From an uncultured virus (IMG/VR IMGVR_UViG_3300001605_000028) (lineage: Duplodnaviria > Heunggongvirae > Uroviricota > Caudoviricetes), in IMG/VR virus record IMGVR_UViG_3300001605_000028: 20,000 bases of DNA; one strand, given 5' to 3'. Below the pieces are notes generated by a model. That model was given only the letters and a program-made list of their open reading frames with translations. It was not told where the DNA came from and did not search any database. A program made the translations under genes and the position numbers. Of this stretch, positions 8,634 to 17,450 are shown one piece after another. Numbering within the stretch: position 1 is the first letter of the stretch; each line of letters begins with the position of its first letter.

Positions 8634-9683
8634 ATGGCAGATAAATTTACACGATTCCTCGGCGGAGCCGCTAGTGGTATTACTAATCCCAAAGGCAATC
8701 TTGGCGATTGGAGACACGCCTCGCGGGTGTTTGCAGAAAATGCGTTCGCTCTAGCCCCAAAGACAAAGTTTTCGTATCATGTGTTTTTTGAATTTGACAA
8801 AAACGCAATCGCTATGGCACCACAGTTTGCGGAAAAACATAGGCTCGAAGCTGGACTATTAGTTAAGAATGTCGATCTTCCTAAAGTTACTATCGAAACT
8901 GATATAAAAAATCAATACAACAGAAAAAAAATCGTTTATAAAAACGTTAATTACGAGCCAGTTAACCTCACTATGCATGACGATAACGTCGGTGTGACTA
9001 ATGCGTTGTTCGCGTTGTATAACGGTTATTATTCTAACGATCGTTTTAATACACCCGCAGCTTATTCGGAGTCAAGAGGCCCCTACAGACCAATTAACGA
9101 ATCAAACGCATTTAGATACGGATTGGACGTTGATACAGGTACCGAGCAGGCACCGTTTTTTAAGTCTATAACAATCTATACAATGGGTCGAAAAAGATTT
9201 GTTAGTTATAAGCTAATTAATCCCCATATCGCTAACTGGTCACATGGAAATGTCAGCTATGCTGAAAGTAACGGAACGATGGAAAGCGTAATGACTTTAA
9301 ATTATGAAGCTGTAATTTATGGTGCTGGTAGTGTCACAAAGGGTGCTCAAGGAGAGCCTAAAGGATTTGGTTCTTTCAAGTACGATATTACCCCAAGTCC
9401 ATTGAGCTTATTCGGCGGAACCACTACAACTTTATTCGGTCCCGGCGGATTATTAGCCGGCGCAACTAATGTTTTGTCTGATGCTTCAGTGATTTTCGGA
9501 GACAACTATACTGACCCGCTGGCAGGTGGTGTAGATTTCTTATCAACAGCTATCGGAGCAATAAATGTAGCAAAGAGTCTCGGGGCGATCAACTCAAGGA
9601 CACTGGCAGCAGAAGCACAGTCTATATTGTTGAACCCGGGTTCGAGCATTTCGGGTCTCCGGGGAATTAATATCAGTAAGTAA
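8634..9683 (+). CDS. Tail-tube-fold baseplate/tube initiator protein (gp48/gp54-like paralog of gp19)
   Basis: 349 aa. 'LLVKNVDLPKVTIETDIKNQYNRKKIVYKNVNYEPVNLTMHDD' and 'YKLINPHIANWSHGNVSY..MTLNYE' parallel the adjacent tube protein; Gly-rich C-terminus. Confidence 0.6.
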   Translation: MADKFTRFLGGAASGITNPKGNLGDWRHASRVFAENAFALAPKTKFSYHVFFEFDKNAIAMAPQFAEKHRLEAGLLVKNVDLPKVTIETDIKNQYNRKKIVYKNVNYEPVNLTMHDDNVGVTNALFALYNGYYSNDRFNTPAAYSESRGPYRPINESNAFRYGLDVDTGTEQAPFFKSITIYTMGRKRFVSYKLINPHIANWSHGNVSYAESNGTMESVMTLNYEAVIYGAGSVTKGAQGEPKGFGSFKYDITPSPLSLFGGTTTTLFGPGGLLAGATNVLSDASVIFGDNYTDPLAGGVDFLSTAIGAINVAKSLGAINSRTLAAEAQSILLNPGSSISGLRGINISK

Positions 9684-9686
9684 TCT

Positions 9687-10079
9687 ATGACCACAAAACC
9701 AATATTATCTAATTTACCGATCGCAGCGTCGGGTCAAGCAACAGACAGTGCCGCCCGAACAAAACTGACTCTCAATCAATACGGAGATCCTGGATTTGAA
9801 TTTAATTCCAGCGATGTGTCTTCTGCTATAGGATTCCTAGAAAGCAAAGGGTTCCAAGGACAGGCAGCTATAGTTACTGCTTCAGTTCTACTAAATCAAG
9901 CAAAAATAGACAATATTCCTGTCTATCAATTACTAGAAACCCTTAAAGGATTTGAGGGCCTAGAACTCAGTGCCCTAGTCGGAAAAGTATTAAACAACAA
10001 TAGAACGCCAACATCTGTACTTGGTTACAGAGTTTCCCAACCGGTAAATTCGTTACAGAGTAGAAATATTCTAGCATAA
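9687..10079 (+). CDS. Hypothetical protein (structural module)
   Basis: 130 aa ORF tightly packed between neighbours; TAAGTA-N4-ATG upstream; TAATG overlap with the next gene. Confidence 0.75.
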   Translation: MTTKPILSNLPIAASGQATDSAARTKLTLNQYGDPGFEFNSSDVSSAIGFLESKGFQGQAAIVTASVLLNQAKIDNIPVYQLLETLKGFEGLELSALVGKVLNNNRTPTSVLGYRVSQPVNSLQSRNILA

Positions 10080-10519
10080 TGGCAAAGTTTGCGCAGGGTC
10101 ATTTTCAAATGAAAAATCCCAGTAAGTACATTGGGAAGAAAACACCATTGGCTCGCAGCAGTTGGGAATTTGTTTTTATGCGGATGCTCGATGAACACCA
10201 GGGTGTGGAAAAATGGGCCAGCGAAAGCATACAAATACCATATCAAGATCCGTTAACGGGCAGACACACCATATACGTTCCTGATTTTTTCATAGTGTAC
10301 GTAGATAAAAATAAGAAAAAACACGCAGAGTTAATCGAAGTTAAACCAGCAAGTCAAACACTACGAGAAAAAGTAGGAAAAAGCCTGTACAATCAAGAAC
10401 AATATATAAAAAATCTGGCAAAATGGGAAGCAGCGTCTGCTTGGTGTAAGCAACAGGGCATTAAGTTTAGGGTCGTAAACGAAGGCGATATTTTTCACCA
10501 AGGATCGAAAAAAAGATAA
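10079..10519 (+). CDS. gp4: Head completion nuclease, T4 gp4-like (TnsA-like PD-(D/E)xK fold)
   Basis: NPSKYIG, RSSWE, WASESIQIPY, YVPDF, IEVKP and NLAKWEAA..WC motifs. Confidence 0.88.
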   Translation: MAKFAQGHFQMKNPSKYIGKKTPLARSSWEFVFMRMLDEHQGVEKWASESIQIPYQDPLTGRHTIYVPDFFIVYVDKNKKKHAELIEVKPASQTLREKVGKSLYNQEQYIKNLAKWEAASAWCKQQGIKFRVVNEGDIFHQGSKKR

Positions 10520-10522
10520 GTA
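10517..10522 (+). promoter_or_regulatory. Variant late-promoter-like box TAAGTA
   Basis: GATAAGTA-TTGCT-ATG(10528): same 5 nt spacer, and the TAA is the gp4 stop codon. Confidence 0.5.
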
Positions 10523-10527
10523 TTGCT

Positions 10528-11001
10528 ATGACTAAAAAACTCGAAGAGCTATTTAATTTAGACGAATCTGAAAAAATCAAAGCACAGGCTGACGAAGATC
10601 GAGAAGAAGTACGGAGTCTTGAACGCAGCTTTAAAGAAATTGATAATATCTCAGTTGATTTACCAGGTATAACTGATCTAGAAAATCTAGGCGAACATGA
10701 ATTAGACAATTTAGCTAAAAAAGCCGAAGATGCCTACGACGATCTAATGGATCTAGGCATGAATGTCGAAGTTAGATATTCGGGCAGAATCTTTGAAGTC
10801 GCTGGCGGAATGCTAAAAAACGCCATAGATGCTAAATCAGCAAAGATTGATAAAAAACTAAAAGCTGTGGAGTTGAAGCTTAAGAAACTTAAAATAGATC
10901 GAGATGCTGGAGACGATGATCCTAATAATGTTCTCAACGGACAAGGGTATGTAATAACAGATCGCAACGAACTATTGAAAAAACTTCAGGGAAAGGAATA
11001 A
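10528..11001 (+). CDS. gp16: Probable terminase small subunit, T4 gp16-like
   Basis: 157 aa helical/coiled-coil protein. 'GRIFEVAGGMLKNAIDAK..K' resembles the gp16 'PR.YEV...L' core, with C-terminal 'VITDRNELLKKL'; lies upstream of terL. Confidence 0.6.
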   Translation: MTKKLEELFNLDESEKIKAQADEDREEVRSLERSFKEIDNISVDLPGITDLENLGEHELDNLAKKAEDAYDDLMDLGMNVEVRYSGRIFEVAGGMLKNAIDAKSAKIDKKLKAVELKLKKLKIDRDAGDDDPNNVLNGQGYVITDRNELLKKLQGKE

Positions 11002-11004
11002 ATA
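10999..11004 (+). promoter_or_regulatory. Late-promoter-like TAAATA box overlapping the upstream stop codon
   Basis: AATAAATA-CTACT-ATG(11010). Confidence 0.68.
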
Positions 11005-11009
11005 CTACT

Positions 11010-11573
11010 ATGAAAACCCTTAAAGATTATCTAACAGAAAGTAAAAAAACCTATAGCTTCCGTATCAAGGTAGCGGGTCCTCTTTCTGAAGGTTTTGCTG
11101 ATAAAGTAAAATCATGCTTGGGCAAATACGATTGCGTAAAGTTTGATAAATCAGCAGAAACACCAATTACCAAAGCTGCCTTCGAATTTCCAGAATTAGA
11201 AAACATCGAAATTACAGTTTTTGAAGCAGAATGTAACTATCCAGTTACGCCACAAGAAATTACATCGATGATCAAAACATCAACAGGCATTAACGACTCA
11301 CATCTTCGTGTAAGAAACGTGAACGAGCCGTTTGAATTTGACCAATCGTTACTAGCAGCTACAACTAAAAAATCTACAGCATTGCTTTCTGACAGTGAGT
11401 ATAAAGAAGCCGGAAAAATCAAAGCAAAAGATTACTTTGGTGACGAATTTAATAAATCGTTTTTAAAAGATCTAGATAAAACAGCCAAAGAACGTAAAAA
11501 AACGCAAGGCGACTATAAAATGCCAAAGCAAAAAGAAGATAAAGCCGGCACTAAAAGTGCTCTAGGGAGTTAA
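11010..11573 (+). CDS. Hypothetical protein with capsid-targeting-like N-terminus (MKTLKDYLTE)
   Basis: 187 aa ORF with a Lys-rich C-terminus. Confidence 0.8.
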   Translation: MKTLKDYLTESKKTYSFRIKVAGPLSEGFADKVKSCLGKYDCVKFDKSAETPITKAAFEFPELENIEITVFEAECNYPVTPQEITSMIKTSTGINDSHLRVRNVNEPFEFDQSLLAATTKKSTALLSDSEYKEAGKIKAKDYFGDEFNKSFLKDLDKTAKERKKTQGDYKMPKQKEDKAGTKSALGS

Positions 11574-11574
11574 T

Positions 11575-12126
11575 ATGGATTTTCAAAGATTACTAGCAAG
11601 AATGGCTGAATTAGATCAGCCAACATCAGAAGCATGTGGTGACCCGATAGGCATGCCACCGGGACCAATTGTTGCGCCGACACCGGATGTAGCAAAAGCT
11701 CCCGAAGCACCACCTCCATCAATGAGTGTAAATTTAAATGCTCAGGGCATGGATAATATCGAACAGATGATGAAGCTGTTCCAGAAAGTAAATCCAGACA
11801 TGATGCCAAAGGTTGACTTACCTATGCCTTCGTTGTCTAGTCCAGACATCAAACCGATGCCTAAACCAGATATGCCATCTATGGCAAGCAAAATGATCAG
11901 TATGGATCCACCAGAAAAAGAAGCAGCCGACGGTAATTTCAGCAAAGCTACTACAGAGCCTGATGTTAGCGTTAAGGATGTATCAGCATCAGTACCAGAC
12001 GGTGACGATCTACACAGATCTAAGAAAAGCTACAGCGACAAGCCATATCGGGGTGATAATCCTATGGCAGTCGAAGATATCAAAAAATATCTCGAATCAC
12101 GTTACAAAGAAATCAAAGAAAGTTAA
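11575..12126 (+). CDS. Hypothetical Pro/Met-rich, probably disordered protein
   Basis: 183 aa; SD-like GGGAG upstream; amphipathic helices at both ends flank a low-complexity middle. Confidence 0.78.
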   Translation: MDFQRLLARMAELDQPTSEACGDPIGMPPGPIVAPTPDVAKAPEAPPPSMSVNLNAQGMDNIEQMMKLFQKVNPDMMPKVDLPMPSLSSPDIKPMPKPDMPSMASKMISMDPPEKEAADGNFSKATTEPDVSVKDVSASVPDGDDLHRSKKSYSDKPYRGDNPMAVEDIKKYLESRYKEIKES

Positions 12127-12142
12127 TAGTTTAATACGTTTC

Positions 12143-12170
12143 AAATAGGCTCTTCGGGGCCTATTTTTTT
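12143..12170 (+). terminator. Rho-independent terminator with cUUCGg tetraloop
   Basis: AAATAGGCTC-TTCG-GGGCCTATTT-TTTT. Confidence 0.9.
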
Positions 12171-12173
12171 CAG

Positions 12174-12179
12174 TAAATA
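12174..12179 (+). promoter_or_regulatory. Late-promoter-like TAAATA box for terminase large subunit
   Basis: GTAAATA-AACAT-ATG(12185), 3 nt after a terminator; no SD. Confidence 0.72.
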
Positions 12180-12184
12180 AACAT

Positions 12185-13772
12185 ATGGCAAAATCACTCG
12201 ACGGCAATTTAATTAAAAAAGCTCATGCCCAAATTAGGTATACGCTTGAAGAGGTTGAACACCTTGAAAAATGTATGGATCCTGTAAATGGTCCATTGTA
12301 CTTTGCTAAAAACTTTGTAAAAATACAACATCCGGTCAGAGGTAGCATTCCCTTTGACATGTATGAATATCAAGAACGATTGATCGAAGCTTATCATAAT
12401 AACAAGCAATGTATTGCTATGTTGCCGCGCCAGATGGGTAAAACTACCTGTGCCTGTGCCTACTTACTTTGGTACACAATGTTTGTACCAGAAGCACAAG
12501 TATTGATTGCTGCTCACAAATATGAAGGTGCGCAGGATATTATGAATCGTTACCGATTCGGTTACGAGAACTTACCAGACTTTATCCGTGCTGGAGTTTA
12601 TTCATATAACAGAAATACTATCGAATACGATAACGGTGCTCGTATTCAAGCAGTAACAACTACAGAAAATACCGGTCGTGGTAAATCTCTTTCTCTAATT
12701 TATTGTGATGAGTTTGCGTTTGTGCAGCCTCCAGAGAAAGCTAAAGAATTTTGGACTGCGCTAAGTCCAACACTGTCCACTGGTGGTAAGTGTATTATTA
12801 CATCAACTCCTAACAGTGACGAAGATCAGTTTGCGTTAATCTGGACCGAAGCAAATAAAAAGTTTGACGAATTTGGCAATGAGCAAAAGTTAGGACAGAA
12901 TGGATTCTTTAGCTACTTTGCTCATTGGTCAGAACATCCAGATAGAGACGAAGCATGGGCCGCACAAGAAAGAAGTAAAATTGGTGAAGAACGATTCCGC
13001 CGTGAGTTTGATTGCGAATTCTTGATCTTTGATGAAACTTTAATCAACTCTGTTAAACTAGCTGAACTCAAAGGGGTTGAACCAACAATGACTATGGGGC
13101 AGACTCGTTGGTATAAAGATATAGATCCTAAAGCAACTTATCTAGTAGCACTTGATCCCAGTCTAGGCACAGGCGGAGACTACGGAGCTATACAGGTCTA
13201 CGAAATGCCTAGTATGACACAGGTAGCTGAATGGCACCATAATCTTACTCCTATACAGAGCCAGGTCAAACACATGAGAGAAATACTCAAGTACATACAG
13301 TCTAGGGGTGAAGAAAAACGGCGGGACTCCGCAGATTTATTATAGTGTAGAAAACAATACACTAGGGGAAGCAGCTCTAGTGGTCATTAATAATTTAGGT
13401 GAAGNAAACTTCCNTGGTTTATTTTTAAGTGAGCCTATACGCAAAGGACATGTTCGAAAATTCCGCAAAGGATTTAATACTACACACCGTTCTAAAGTTA
13501 CTGCCTGCAGTCAACTTAAAAATATGATTGAAACTAAGAAAATGGTGATAAAATCTAAGCCGTTGATATCTGAACTAAAAACGTTTATAGCACACGGTGT
13601 AGGGTTCGGAGCAAAAACCGGCGAGCATGACGACCTAGTTAGCTCGACGCTGTTGGTGATTCGCATGGCTGGTGTTTTATCTGATTGGGATCCTGACATT
13701 TACGATAAAATGACCGAAAAACTCACTGAAGATCAAATGCCAATGCCCATCTTTGTTAGTTCGGGATTCTGA
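12185..13772 (+). CDS. terL: Terminase large subunit, T4 gp17-like (one extra A near 13315 splits the ORF)
   Basis: YEYQ adenine-binding motif, Walker A LPRQMGKTT, Walker B LIYCDEFAF, motif III ITSTPN, FRREFDCEF, nuclease motifs LDPSLG, VENN and HDDLV. 1588-1 = 1587 nt = 529 codons. Confidence 0.95.
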
Positions 13773-13778
13773 TAAATA
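13773..13778 (+). promoter_or_regulatory. Late-promoter-like TAAATA box
   Basis: TGA-TAAATA-TAAAC-ATG(13784); no SD. Confidence 0.7.
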
Positions 13779-13783
13779 TAAAC

Positions 13784-16036
13784 ATGGAAGATAATATCAA
13801 AAGCATCAGCACTGACCTTTTTTACAAGGTTCGAAGCCGGTTTTCTGGCTTAAAATTAGGCAGCGAAACCGGCGAAGTTACGATGAACCCGGAAGAAGCA
13901 GCCTTCTTTGACTTCGATTACATGGAAAACGGTAACCCGTTAGGCCATGTCAGTATCAGCATAGCTGAACCCGGTAATATGAAGGTATACTATAGTACTG
14001 ATATTACTGAGACAATGGACGATGGTCAAAAAGTTGGCTGGTACGAATTCCTTAAGGGCTTAAGAGAGTTCGCAAAGCGCAGATTAATGAGCTTTGATAC
14101 AAGAGATATTTCTAAAGATAATTTAGACAAGAGAGATTTTGCTTTCTTGTCGCAATATTCAAATTCCGGAATTGGAGAATCAGTTATGAAAGAGGGTATG
14201 TACGGTAGTTCTAAAACAAGCTATCAAAAATTAGAAAACACAACCTTGATAATCAAGCACAATAAACAAGTTGATGAAACTCAGCCAGGATCTCGTGCTA
14301 GAAATATCCTAGGATTGTTTATTGAGAATAGCCAAGGTGAAAGATTCAAATATCCCTTTATTCATTTAGCAGGTGCCCGAGCAATGCAGAGGCATGTTCA
14401 AGAAGGTGGTTTGCCCTACGACGATGTTGGAAGATACATTATCAGTATGAGTGAACAGATTGCCCAATTAAAAAACTTTGGCAATTATGTAGTTAGAAAC
14501 GATCTAATGAATTCCGAAACCAACGACATCGTTGAAAGAAGTTCGACAGCATTGAATAGGCTAAGAGAAGAAATCAAAAAACTTTCTAAGAGAAACTATT
14601 ATCAGCAGTTCAAAGAACAATTTACAACATCACCACAAGAAGAAATTCCACAAGATGTGATTGAAGACCTTACAAATAAATTTACTGTGCGGAATTTCAA
14701 AGAAGATATCAAAGATGTATTTCCAGTTATCTATAAACTAATGAAAGAGGCAGAAACAGCCAACAATGAATTAGGCTACGACGACATAGTCGAGATGACC
14801 AGCACAATGGCAAATGAAGACGCAGAAATCGACCTAACACCTGAACTAGAAGACCCGTTCGAACAGTTTGAAGCATGGGCATATTCATTAGGTGAAGACG
14901 GCGGAATCTCTAGTCAAGATGAACAAGAACAACAAGCAGCTATTAAAAATTTACAGTCGCTAGTAGGACAACATTTTCCAGCAGGTGTAGATGGTTCCAA
15001 CGCAATAGAAAGTCTAAAAGGCATCATCGACGACCCTGCGTTAGAAAAAGCAATTAAACAGGCATCAATGAAAGATTCAGATACATGTGTAAGACCATTG
15101 ATCTACAACTGGTTAAAATCTAATGCCCCCGAGACATTAGACAGCTTAGATTTCGGCGATATGGATTCGCCTAAAGAATCTAACGACGAAACCCCTCAAC
15201 AAAAACAGTCAGTAGGAATGCGTGAGATAGCTGAATTTATCAGTTCGTTTTACGACAAAGAGTCAGGCACATTCCCTAAAGGACCAGAAGGCGTTGCTAT
15301 TATGGTAGGCAAGAAGTTTGGTGAACAGGCAGAACAAGTTGCTCGTAAATTTGTAGAACGCATGGCTCCACAACAAAGTACCAATCAAAATCCTGAACTA
15401 GCAGAATTAGCTCGTATTGGAGAATTGGCGGGAGTTAGCGAAGGCCCAATGTGGGATAAAATAAAGGCAGTTGGTAAAGCAGCAGGCAACAAAGTTATGA
15501 GGCATGCTGACATAACAGGATATACAAAGGCCAAACAAAATTTTGAAAAATGGATCGATTCCCATTCAGAGTTAGCATCAGAAAAAGAAAATCTTCTAGC
15601 TAAGTTTGATGCTGAAGCAGAAGAGGATCCCCACACTCCATGGGATTGGGGTAAAGAGGCATTAGCAAAATGGAAAGGCGAAAAGAAAGGCGGGCAAATG
15701 GCTCCAGTTGAATCTTCAGCTGAAGAAACTATGGACGAAGATTCTAAAGGATATTATTACGAGAAATTAGCTCAAGAATTATTTGATATGGATCCTACTC
15801 TTGATACTTCAGGAAGAGCAGACGCAGTATTAAATGCTGCTTTTCCACTCATAGTTAGAGATCTAGGCAGTAAAAAACGTGCCAATAATCTATTAAACTA
15901 CGACGAAGATTTTCCTAGCGATTTTGTCAGCGCATATTCCGATTTACAACGGGCTGGCAAATCTGAAGAGTCAGTTACACCAGAATTAGAAGCAATTAAA
16001 AGATTATCAGGCATTAGCCAAGGCATAGGTTTTTAA
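13784..16036 (+). CDS. Large acidic hypothetical late protein (750 aa), possibly head-internal/prohead core
   Basis: Long intact Glu/Asp-rich ORF with its own late-type box and a terminator downstream; no family recognised. Confidence 0.85.
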   Translation: MEDNIKSISTDLFYKVRSRFSGLKLGSETGEVTMNPEEAAFFDFDYMENGNPLGHVSISIAEPGNMKVYYSTDITETMDDGQKVGWYEFLKGLREFAKRRLMSFDTRDISKDNLDKRDFAFLSQYSNSGIGESVMKEGMYGSSKTSYQKLENTTLIIKHNKQVDETQPGSRARNILGLFIENSQGERFKYPFIHLAGARAMQRHVQEGGLPYDDVGRYIISMSEQIAQLKNFGNYVVRNDLMNSETNDIVERSSTALNRLREEIKKLSKRNYYQQFKEQFTTSPQEEIPQDVIEDLTNKFTVRNFKEDIKDVFPVIYKLMKEAETANNELGYDDIVEMTSTMANEDAEIDLTPELEDPFEQFEAWAYSLGEDGGISSQDEQEQQAAIKNLQSLVGQHFPAGVDGSNAIESLKGIIDDPALEKAIKQASMKDSDTCVRPLIYNWLKSNAPETLDSLDFGDMDSPKESNDETPQQKQSVGMREIAEFISSFYDKESGTFPKGPEGVAIMVGKKFGEQAEQVARKFVERMAPQQSTNQNPELAELARIGELAGVSEGPMWDKIKAVGKAAGNKVMRHADITGYTKAKQNFEKWIDSHSELASEKENLLAKFDAEAEEDPHTPWDWGKEALAKWKGEKKGGQMAPVESSAEETMDEDSKGYYYEKLAQELFDMDPTLDTSGRADAVLNAAFPLIVRDLGSKKRANNLLNYDEDFPSDFVSAYSDLQRAGKSEESVTPELEAIKRLSGISQGIGF

Positions 16037-16052
16037 ATAAATCAAAACTTGT

Positions 16053-16079
16053 AAGGGCTCTTCGGAGCCCTTTTCTTTT
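16053..16079 (+). terminator. Rho-independent terminator with cUUCGg tetraloop
   Basis: AAGGGCTC-TTCG-GAGCCCTT-TTCTTTT. Confidence 0.92.
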
Positions 16080-16104
16080 GGCGAAAAAATATCTCGAAAG
16101 GGTA

Positions 16105-16133
16105 TTGACCTTGATAAATAATTCACGCATAAT
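16105..16133 (+). promoter_or_regulatory. Sigma70-type promoter with a TAAATA late box nested in its spacer, upstream of gp32
   Basis: TTGACC (16105-16110), 17 nt, CATAAT (16128-16133); TAAATA at 16115-16120; SD AGGAGG at 16176-16181. Confidence 0.65.
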
Positions 16134-16190
16134 AGTTGTTATGCGCAAGGCATATTACATTTTAAGGCAAAACATAGGAGGCATATTAAA

Positions 16191-17177
16191 ATGGCTACAT
16201 TAGCAGAAATTCGTGCGAAACTTCAAGAAGCACAATCAAAGGGCACAGGCGGCTCTTCATCAGGCGGCGGCGATAACGCAATCTACCCACACTGGAACAT
16301 GGACGAAGGCAAAGAAGCCACAGTTCGTTTCTTGCCGGACGGTGATTCAAGCAATACATTTTTCTGGGTTGAACGAGCAATGATTAAATTGCCGTTTGCT
16401 GGTATCAAAGGTGATACATCAAGCAAACCTGTACAGGTTCAGGTACCTTGTGTAGAAATGTATAACGACGGTTCAGTCTGTCCGATCCTAAGCGAAGTAC
16501 GTGGTTGGTTCAAAGATAAGAGCCTAGAAGATATGGGCCGTAAGTACTGGAAGAAACGTAGTTACATTTTCCAAGGGTTTGTAGTAAAAGACCCAATCGG
16601 AGAAGATTCTACTCCTGAAAACCCAATTCGCCGATTCATTATCGGCCCACAGATCTATCAAATTATCAAGAGTGCGTTGATGGATCCAGAGTTGAATGAG
16701 TTGCCAACTGACTTCATGAAGGGTGTTGACTTCCGTATTGCTAAAACCAGCAAAGGCGGATTCGCAGACTACTCTACATCAAAGTGGAGTCGTAACGAAC
16801 GTTCATTGAGCCCAGAAGAACAGGCAGCTATCGATGCTCATGGCTTGTTTAATCTCAAGGATTTCCTACCTAAGAAACCAACAGATGTTGAGTTGAAAGT
16901 TATGAAGGAAATGTTTGAAGCGTCAGTTGACGGCGAAGCCTATGATATGGAACGTTGGGGTCAATACTTTAAACCAGCTGGCATGAGTCAACAGACTGGT
17001 GATCCTAACAAGCCAGCTGCTCGAGCACCAGCGGCAGCAGCGCCTGTAGATGATGATGTTCCTTTTGACGCAGACGAACCAGCACCAAAGGCAGCGGCAG
17101 CTGCTCCTGCGGCTGGTAATGAAAGTGCTAGTCGTGCGCAAGACATTCTTGCCATGATTCGCAACCGTCAGAAGTAA
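16191..17177 (+). CDS. gp32: Single-stranded DNA-binding protein, T4 gp32-like
   Basis: ATVRFLPD, CPI, RKYWKKRSY, VVKDP..PEN, GVDFRIAKT..GGFADYSTSKW; Ala/Pro/Asp-rich tail; strong SD; located before uvsX. Confidence 0.9.
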   Translation: MATLAEIRAKLQEAQSKGTGGSSSGGGDNAIYPHWNMDEGKEATVRFLPDGDSSNTFFWVERAMIKLPFAGIKGDTSSKPVQVQVPCVEMYNDGSVCPILSEVRGWFKDKSLEDMGRKYWKKRSYIFQGFVVKDPIGEDSTPENPIRRFIIGPQIYQIIKSALMDPELNELPTDFMKGVDFRIAKTSKGGFADYSTSKWSRNERSLSPEEQAAIDAHGLFNLKDFLPKKPTDVELKVMKEMFEASVDGEAYDMERWGQYFKPAGMSQQTGDPNKPAARAPAAAAPVDDDVPFDADEPAPKAAAAAPAAGNESASRAQDILAMIRNRQK

Positions 17178-17189
17178 TACAGCTAAAGT

Positions 17190-17218
17190 AAAGAGTGTGG
17201 GGCGACTCACACTCTTTT
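17190..17218 (+). terminator. Stem-loop/terminator after gp32 with GNRA tetraloop
   Basis: AAAGAGTGTGGG-GCGA-CTCACACTCTTT-T; short U tract, possibly leaky. Confidence 0.7.
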
Positions 17219-17237
17219 CCATCTCAGGAGAATAATA

Positions 17238-17450
17238 ATGGCAAGATCACAAAAAATCAATGAGAATTTTTCTCTAAGTTATAATAGTCGCGAAGAGCAG
17301 TCTGGCGATACTATTGCGGACATTGATATTAGGTTCGACAACCCCAAGGATGATTCTGTTTTGATTAACAGATTGAATACCTGGCTTAAAGCAATCGGTC
17401 GTGAAGATATTGTTGTAAGCCCAAAAAAATTACCAAAGGGTGAACTATAA
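17238..17450 (+). CDS. Hypothetical protein (70 aa)
   Basis: SD AGGAG at 17226-17230; TAATG overlap with uvsX. Confidence 0.75.
   Translation: MARSQKINENFSLSYNSREEQSGDTIADIDIRFDNPKDDSVLINRLNTWLKAIGREDIVVSPKKLPKGEL

Noticed and set aside
10079..10519. TnsA-like domain as evidence of a Tn7-like transposon
   Set aside because: Motifs and context fit the T4 gp4 head completion protein; no transposase genes or terminal repeats are present.
13308..13345. Programmed frameshift, intron or intein in terL
   Set aside because: One extra A in an A-run restores a normal-length terminase. There is no inserted sequence or splicing motif, and n calls lie nearby.
16034..16039. TAAATA at the stop of the 750 aa gene
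   Set aside because: It is followed by a strong terminator and no ATG, so it is probably a chance match in AT-rich sequence.
5108..17222. Numerous short antisense or alternate-frame ORFs (e.g. 5108-5443, 6551-6799, 10467-10709, 15385-15636, 16923-17222)
   Set aside because: They are shadows of well-supported genes, with no SD or TAAATA start signal and no recognisable motifs.
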